Shown piece after piece: positions 58,570 through 64,000 of a DNA stretch of 64,000 nucleotides. The first letter of the stretch is position 1. Every line of letters starts with the position of its first letter. Under the pieces are notes generated by a model that saw nothing but the letters and a program-made list of their open reading frames with translations, did not search any database and was not told the DNA's origin. Source of the DNA: Heteronotia binoei (Eukaryota); the NCBI RefSeq assembly GCF_032191835.1, contig NC_083226.1, positions 108,562,001 through 108,626,000 on the forward strand, written 5' to 3'. The position numbers and the translations under genes were made by a program.

Positions 58570-58800
58570 GGTGTTTGACATCTGCTGCCTCACCCAAAAG
58601 ACTGACAGAATAGCTCTGTCTTACAGGCTTTGCGAAACTGTAAAAGGTCCTGCAGGCCCCTGATCTCTAGTGGGAGCTTATTCCACCAGGTTGGGGCTGG
58701 AGCTGGAAACTCCCTGGCCCTGTTTGAGGTCAGGCAGATGTCTTTTGGGCCAGGGATCACCAGTAAGTGCTGAACTGATGAGTGCAAGGCTTGACTGCTC
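58570..58800 (-). mobile_element. L2-clade 3' fragment
   Basis: Minus ORF contains RAREFPAPAPTWWNKLPLEIRGLQDLLQFRKACKTELF. Confidence 0.7.
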
Positions 58801-59762
58801 GTTTTAGTGGTTGGCTGTTTGCAGTTGTTTGAAGTTGTTTGTATTGTATAGTTTTATTTTATGATTTTATTATTGTTTTGAGTTATTGCAGTGCAAGCTG
58901 CCTTAACAACTCTTCTAAAGGTAAGATATATAAAAAGGGCCCGGCCCTTCCCAGCCAAGCCGGCATCGCCGGTGTTCAGGCTGGAGGCCGTCTTTGCCCC
59001 CTCGGAAGGAGGGAGCAACAGAACGCTCGGCCCGGTACATCCGGGTCTGTTTCTGGGCATGGCGTCAGGGCTATATAAGCCCCGGCCCCGCCCAGAGCTC
59101 TTCAGTTCCTTTTGGGCTCTCTGGGTGAGAGCCACGTGCAGCATCGGCGCGCTTAAGGACTAGGCCTTGAACGTTGGTGGACGGTGTCGACGAGTCCGAG
59201 GCGCGTGCGGCGGCAGTGTGGCGCTGGCGGCGCCTGAGGCGCAAGCGGCAGCAGCAGCTGTGAGGCGCGAGCGCCGGGAGATGAGCATTGGGAGAGCTTC
59301 TCTTCTGTATTGAGTCTGGTGAAGTGCTTGGGGGTGCAATCGGCGGCCGTAGGCACTTGCGGCAGCCATTTTGAGGGGCGCACTTAGCTGGGCTGCAGGG
59401 GAGCGGGAAGAGCAGTGTGCGCGGCAGCCATTTTAAGGGCTTTTTGTTCTTTTTGGCAGCAAGGGGGAGGAGGAGCGAGTGCGGCAGCCATTTTGGTTGG
59501 GAAAAAACGAAGTTTGGATCGACATAGAGGCTAATAATATACATCGTTGGGGTGTTCGTGGGGTCCCTTAGGTGGATATCACCCCCCCACCCCCACCCTT
59601 TCTGCCCCTTACCAGGCCTGGTAGTCTGCTCCCTTCTCATTACTGTTTGGGTGTGGAGTGTCTGAGGCGGGGGGGGGGGGTTACGGCTTATAGAGCCACC
59701 TATCCTTCTGTGAACACCGGCACCCTCCCTACTATTTGCACTGTGCCCGCTGGCAGTTGGAA

Positions 59763-59892
59763 GAGCCTCTTGCCACAGAGTGTTAAAGCTGCAGTACTGC
59801 AGTCCCAGGCTCTGCTCATGATCTGAGTCGATCCCTGGCGGAAGCTGGGTGTTCAGGTAGCTGGCAAGAGGTTGACTCAGCTTTCTATCTTG
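59763..59892 (+). mobile_element. Sauria SINE 5' portion inside the Ngaro leader
   Basis: Matches the reverse complement of the tRNA-like head of 33750-34039. Confidence 0.75.
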
Positions 59893-60639
59893 GAGCTGCT
59901 GGGGGTCTTGCTTGATCTTTCTCTCCCCTAGTTGTGTCGGGTGGCTAAAGGGTGCATTAACCTTCTGGGCACCCATCCACTTATTGTGTCAATTAGGCTT
60001 GACAGAGGAACTTCAGACCGGCGGGGAAGGTGTCACACAGTTACTGCTGTGGGCCTGGCTGCTGGTTGGAGGCGTCCTGATGGCACCCATGAAAGAGCAG
60101 GGCAGGTCTAAGGGCAAACAGCCCGCCCGCCCGGCCCGGGGGCGAGGCCTGCAGCCCGGTCCTGCTGAAGAGCCGGGGCAGGGGAAGCAGGTCCGAAAGG
60201 CCATTATGGGCCAGTTAGAGGCCCTCGAGCAGGAAAGAGTTGCTAGGGGTGCTCCCATTTGGGAGGGGCGTCGTCATGCCTCTGGGCACCCGGCGCGGCT
60301 AACTTTTGAGACGGAGGTGCTGGCCCGCTTGTCTGCTTTACAGGGCGGCGCACCTGGGCCCGAACCTCAATTGGAACCGGACCAGGACGATGGTCCAGAC
60401 AAGGGTCCGTCGGGTGAACAGGCGAGCAGCGGTGCATCTGGAGGCGGAGTGCAGCAGACCCCGGGCGGGGCTGGAACGCCCTTGGGTATTGGTGGTAAGC
60501 TCCTGTTGCAGCAGACACAAGGGTGGCCCTGGGGTCCTATTCAAATGCCATCCCTCCCCCCGGCGGCAGGGGGTGGGGCTTGGCGCACTGGGCTGTCCGG
60601 AACTCCCGCCGAGCGGTGGGGTTCCGGGCTGCCTTTGGC

Positions 60640-61270
60640 TTGGGGCATGCAGGGCTGCACAAGTTTGGCCAGTTTGGCATGGGGATGCGGTGGCGGTGGC
60701 TGCTGCTGCTGCAAGGCAGCACGAGTTCGGCCAGTTCGGCATGGGGACGTGGCGGCGGCTGCTGCTGCAGGGCGGCACGAGTTTGGCCAGTTTGGCTTGG
60801 GGACGCGGCAGCGGTGGCTGCTGCTGCTGCAAGGCAGTACGAGTTCGGCCAGTTTGGCATGGGGACGCGGCGGCGGCTACTGCTGCAGGGCGGCACGAGT
60901 TCGGCCAGTTTGGCTTGGGGACGTGGCGGCGGTGGCTGCTGCTGCAAGGCAGCACAAGTTCGGCCAGTTCGGCATGGGGACGCGGCTGCTGCTGCAGGGC
61001 AGCAAGAGTTTGGCCAGTTCGGCGTGGGGACGTGGCAGCGGCTGCTGCTGCTGTTGCTTCAGGGAAGCATGAGTTTGGCCAGTTCGGCATGGGGATGCGG
61101 CGGCGGCTGCTGCTGCAGGGCAGCACGAGTTTGGCCAGTTTGGCTTGGGGACCTGGCGGCGGTGGCCCTGCTGCTGCAAGGCATCACGAGTTTGGCCAGT
61201 TCGGCGTGGGGACGCGGCGGCTGCTGCTGCTGCAGGGCAGCACGAGTTTGGCCAGTTCCTGCTTGGGGAT
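60640..61270. repeat. GC-rich minisatellite, 11 units of ~51-64 bp, inside Ngaro ORF1
   Basis: Core GCACGAGTT(T/C)GGCCAGTT(T/C)GGC(A/T/G)TGGGGA repeated 11 times, separated by GCG/GCT runs. Confidence 0.95.
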
Positions 61271-64000
61271 GCGGAGTGGTATCGCGGGGGTGCAGAGAGC
61301 CTGAGTTTTGGGGGTTGGAGGGCTCACGGTGAGGCTGGAGGGCCTCATGCCCCCCTTTCCCCCCCATGGTGGCTGAGCTGAGGGGGTGGTTTGAGGAGTG
61401 TGGGTTCCTTTTGCAATCTTTTGAGTTGTGGGTAGACGCCCCCCCCCTCCGCTTGTGGTCTTGGAGAGGGGCATTGGCTTGGTTGCAGGGCATCTGCTTA
61501 GCAAGCCGAGGGGCCCAGTTGCTATCCCCAACAGCCCCAACTAAAAAAGGGTCCAGGCAAATGGGCATAGAAAACCTCAGCTGGAGGCCCAGTGAGCTGC
61601 TGCCAATCTGTGCAGACAATACTGAATCTGACGGACCCACGGTCTGATTCTGTATAAGGCAGCTTCATATGGTCATATGTTAGTTTAATGTTCTCCCCTT
61701 TACCTCACAGCGGGCCAGCCGGTTCAATCCTGGCTGTTATGCTGGGAGTTTGCTTCTAAGGGAGTGTGCCCCAGAAAACCCTGCAATTTCAAGCACAAGT
61801 GTCCACTTTGCAGTGGGGCTCACGCCTTCTCCGCCTGTAGCAGGTCGAAGCCGAGGCCCGGGGGTAGGCGCCCCGGCGGGGGCGGTGGTGGCAGTCAGCA
61901 GCCCCCTGGAAAAGGGGCCCAGCCCCATTCGACTGATGGTACTCAGTAAATTATTGAGTAAGTACCCACGTAAAATAGATGGCCAGTATCTGTCAGAGGG
62001 GTTTTCTTTGGGGTTTCGGATCCCTTATCAGGGGCCTAGGGCCCCCCCTTTTTGGCTGCTAATCTTCCGTCAGTGGCGGGTCTTGAGCATGCAGTTAGGG
62101 CTAAGATCGCCAAAGAGTGTCAGGAGGGCAGGGTCTTAGGACCCTTTGATACGCCACCTGTACCCACATTGTGCGTATCTCCCTTTGGGGTGGGCCAGGG
62201 GAATATCGCCTCATTCTTCACCGGTTCTACCCCAGAGGGGCGTCGGTAAATTATGGAATTATGTTCGGTACGGTATACTTCCTTTGACCAGTCGGTCAAA
62301 GTACTGTGGGGTTTCAAGTACATCAAGTCGGCATTTCGCCTCTTGCCAGTTCATCCCAAGGATTTCGAGCTCCTGGGTTTTTTTTGTTTTGAGAGTAAAT
62401 TTTACATGGATCGCGCCCTCCCGATGGGGTGCTCGGTCTCCTGCGCTGCATTCGAGCGCTTTAGCTCCTTGGTTGAGTGGGCATTACAGGATAGGACCGG
62501 GCTTAATGACACGGCGCACTACCGGGGCGACTACCTTTTGTCGGTCCAGCGGACACAAGGTGATGCGTCTGGCTCTTACATGCTTTTCAGAAGTTGGCCA
62601 TCAAGCTGGGGTGAGCAACTTGTCAACCAGTTTGTGCTTTTCTGGGGCGATAACATGGCGGTAGTTCATGTTATCAACTCCTTGACCTCTAAGTCGTGTT
62701 GGTGATGAACCCGGTTAGGTTATTCACACTTCGTTACCTCCGGTGGAATATTTAGTTCCTGACAGGGCACGTACCCGGAGGCTGCAATGGGGTGGTGGAC
62801 GCTCTATCTCGCCAATAGATGGAGCGCTTTCAGCAGCTCGCCCCGGAAGTGGACTCGCGGCCGGCGCAAATGCCCCTGGACCTCTGGTAATTTGGGAAGC
62901 TGAAGCTGGTAGGGACATTCAGCTGGCTTTGGCACCTAGTACCAGAAGGGCTTATGGTAGAGCGGCTTCCCTATTCCGGGAGTTTCGGAGGGCCGCTGCG
63001 CTGCAGGATTGCTGGCCGATTTCGACGGCTCATATTATGCAATTCTGCGTGTTTCAGAAAGAGAGGTTTGGGGTTGAGGACTATTTGGGGCCAACTGGCG
63101 GCGTTGGCCTTTATTAGTAAAGCCCATGGGTTCGTTGAGAAGACCTACTAACAGAAGGGCATACGACAGAGCGGCTTCCCAATTCCGGGCATTTGGGAGC
63201 ACCGCGGGACTGCATTTTAGTTGGCTGGTTCCATGGCATGGGTTATGCAGTTCCCCTTTCGGGGCCGCTCTGCTTCATGCGGCCTTGTTGATGGCCTTTT
63301 TCGGCGCTATGTATTAGCGAGTTGGTTGTGCAGTCTAAGACTGACACTGCGGGGCGGGCGCCCCAGGCCAGGGATGTCAACATTGGTTGGCCTGTGGAGG
63401 GCGGCAGCCTTTTGAACCAGGTGCGCCCGTTGGTCACCTAGGGGGTATTTGTGCAGGGCGGTGGTTTCATCACCTCTTGGTTATTATCTGTTCTGACAAT
63501 TTTCTGTTTTTCAGGTGCTGTGGCTCATAGTGAGAGGCATCGTGTTCTCATCTGCGCGCACAGCAGGGTGTCCAGGCGGCCCATCAAGCCAGGCGGTCTC
63601 CAACGGGCACCCAGCTGGGCTGCAGCGACGGGGCAGTTGGGGAATGGCTGGGTCGCCGGGGGCTGGTGTTGGCTGGGGATTAGGCCATCGTAGTGCGGAG
63701 AGAGGAGGGCACCTCCTCCGCACATCTGGGTCATTCACTTGGGTGGTTTCAGGGGAGCACCTATGGCCTAGCACCAAGTGTGCAGGTGGTCTGTATGAAC
63801 TGCAGATGGGCTACATGGCTCAGTGCGGGGACTGCAGATCACGGAACAGCCTCACCTGAGCGTATCTTTCCATGGGGGATTGACGCTAGCACAGGTGGTG
63901 AATGGCTCGGGGCCTGGCCGCTCAGCAACAACCTGAATCTGGCGAGCTTGTGCTGGGGGCAGGGTGGCTCGCCCTTTGGACAAGGCGGGGTCAGGGTGTG

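Larger units (their letters stand above)
58900..64000 (+). mobile_element. Ngaro-type YR retrotransposon, heavily deleted, running off the window
   Basis: ORF1 from 60080, zinc finger at ~61730-61830, RT remnants (IKSAFRLLPVHP, LPMGCSVSC), RNase H DN motif, YR LAPSTRRAY, SGNH start at 63515. Confidence 0.88.

Noticed and set aside
60640-61270. CRISPR-like array
   Set aside because: Units are degenerate copies of each other with no unique spacers, in vertebrate DNA with no cas genes; it is a minisatellite.
59071-61640. Many long overlapping ORFs (301, 332, 262, 269 aa etc.) as novel genes
   Set aside because: Explained by GC-rich, stop-poor repeat and leader sequence; only the frame from ATG 60080 is homologous to the other Ngaro ORF1s.
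61690-61712. Functional splice acceptor before the Ngaro-3 zinc finger (CTCACAG|)
   Set aside because: Not conserved at the equivalent position in the other two elements.

Overview
This is repeat-dense squamate DNA, probably gecko (Sauria-type and MIR/Ther-1-like SINEs, CR1, L2). I recognise no host protein-coding gene. The centrepiece is a full-length but decayed Maverick/Polinton (adintovirus-like endogenous virus) at 34290-48450, with ~160-bp TIRs and a 6-bp TSD. It carries pPolB, packaging ATPase, two small core-type ORFs, adenain protease, major and minor capsid genes and an integrase with a chromodomain. Also present are three Ngaro/DIRS-type tyrosine-recombinase retrotransposons on + (8823-10810 truncated, ~12753-18460 near complete, ~58900-64000 degenerate) and a probable solo Ngaro repeat. 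Other elements are a Penelope-like element with a hammerhead-like motif, a 5'-truncated L1, a 2.3-kb ORF2-less LINE-like element with an 18-bp TSD, and many MITE, SINE and LINE fragments. Two observations stand out. (1) Canonical introns join three Maverick right-end ORFs into one intact ~300-aa acidic protein carrying YxxM, YxN and PPxY motifs, resembling a viral signalling-adaptor mimic. Two small candidate upstream exons also join in frame to an ORF that appears, via one frameshift, to lead into pPolB. (2) A phase-1 splice donor conserved in all three Ngaro elements and a phase-1 acceptor conserved in two of them predict an ORF1-N-terminus::SGNH-hydrolase fusion transcript. All family assignments come from motif recognition; no searches were run.
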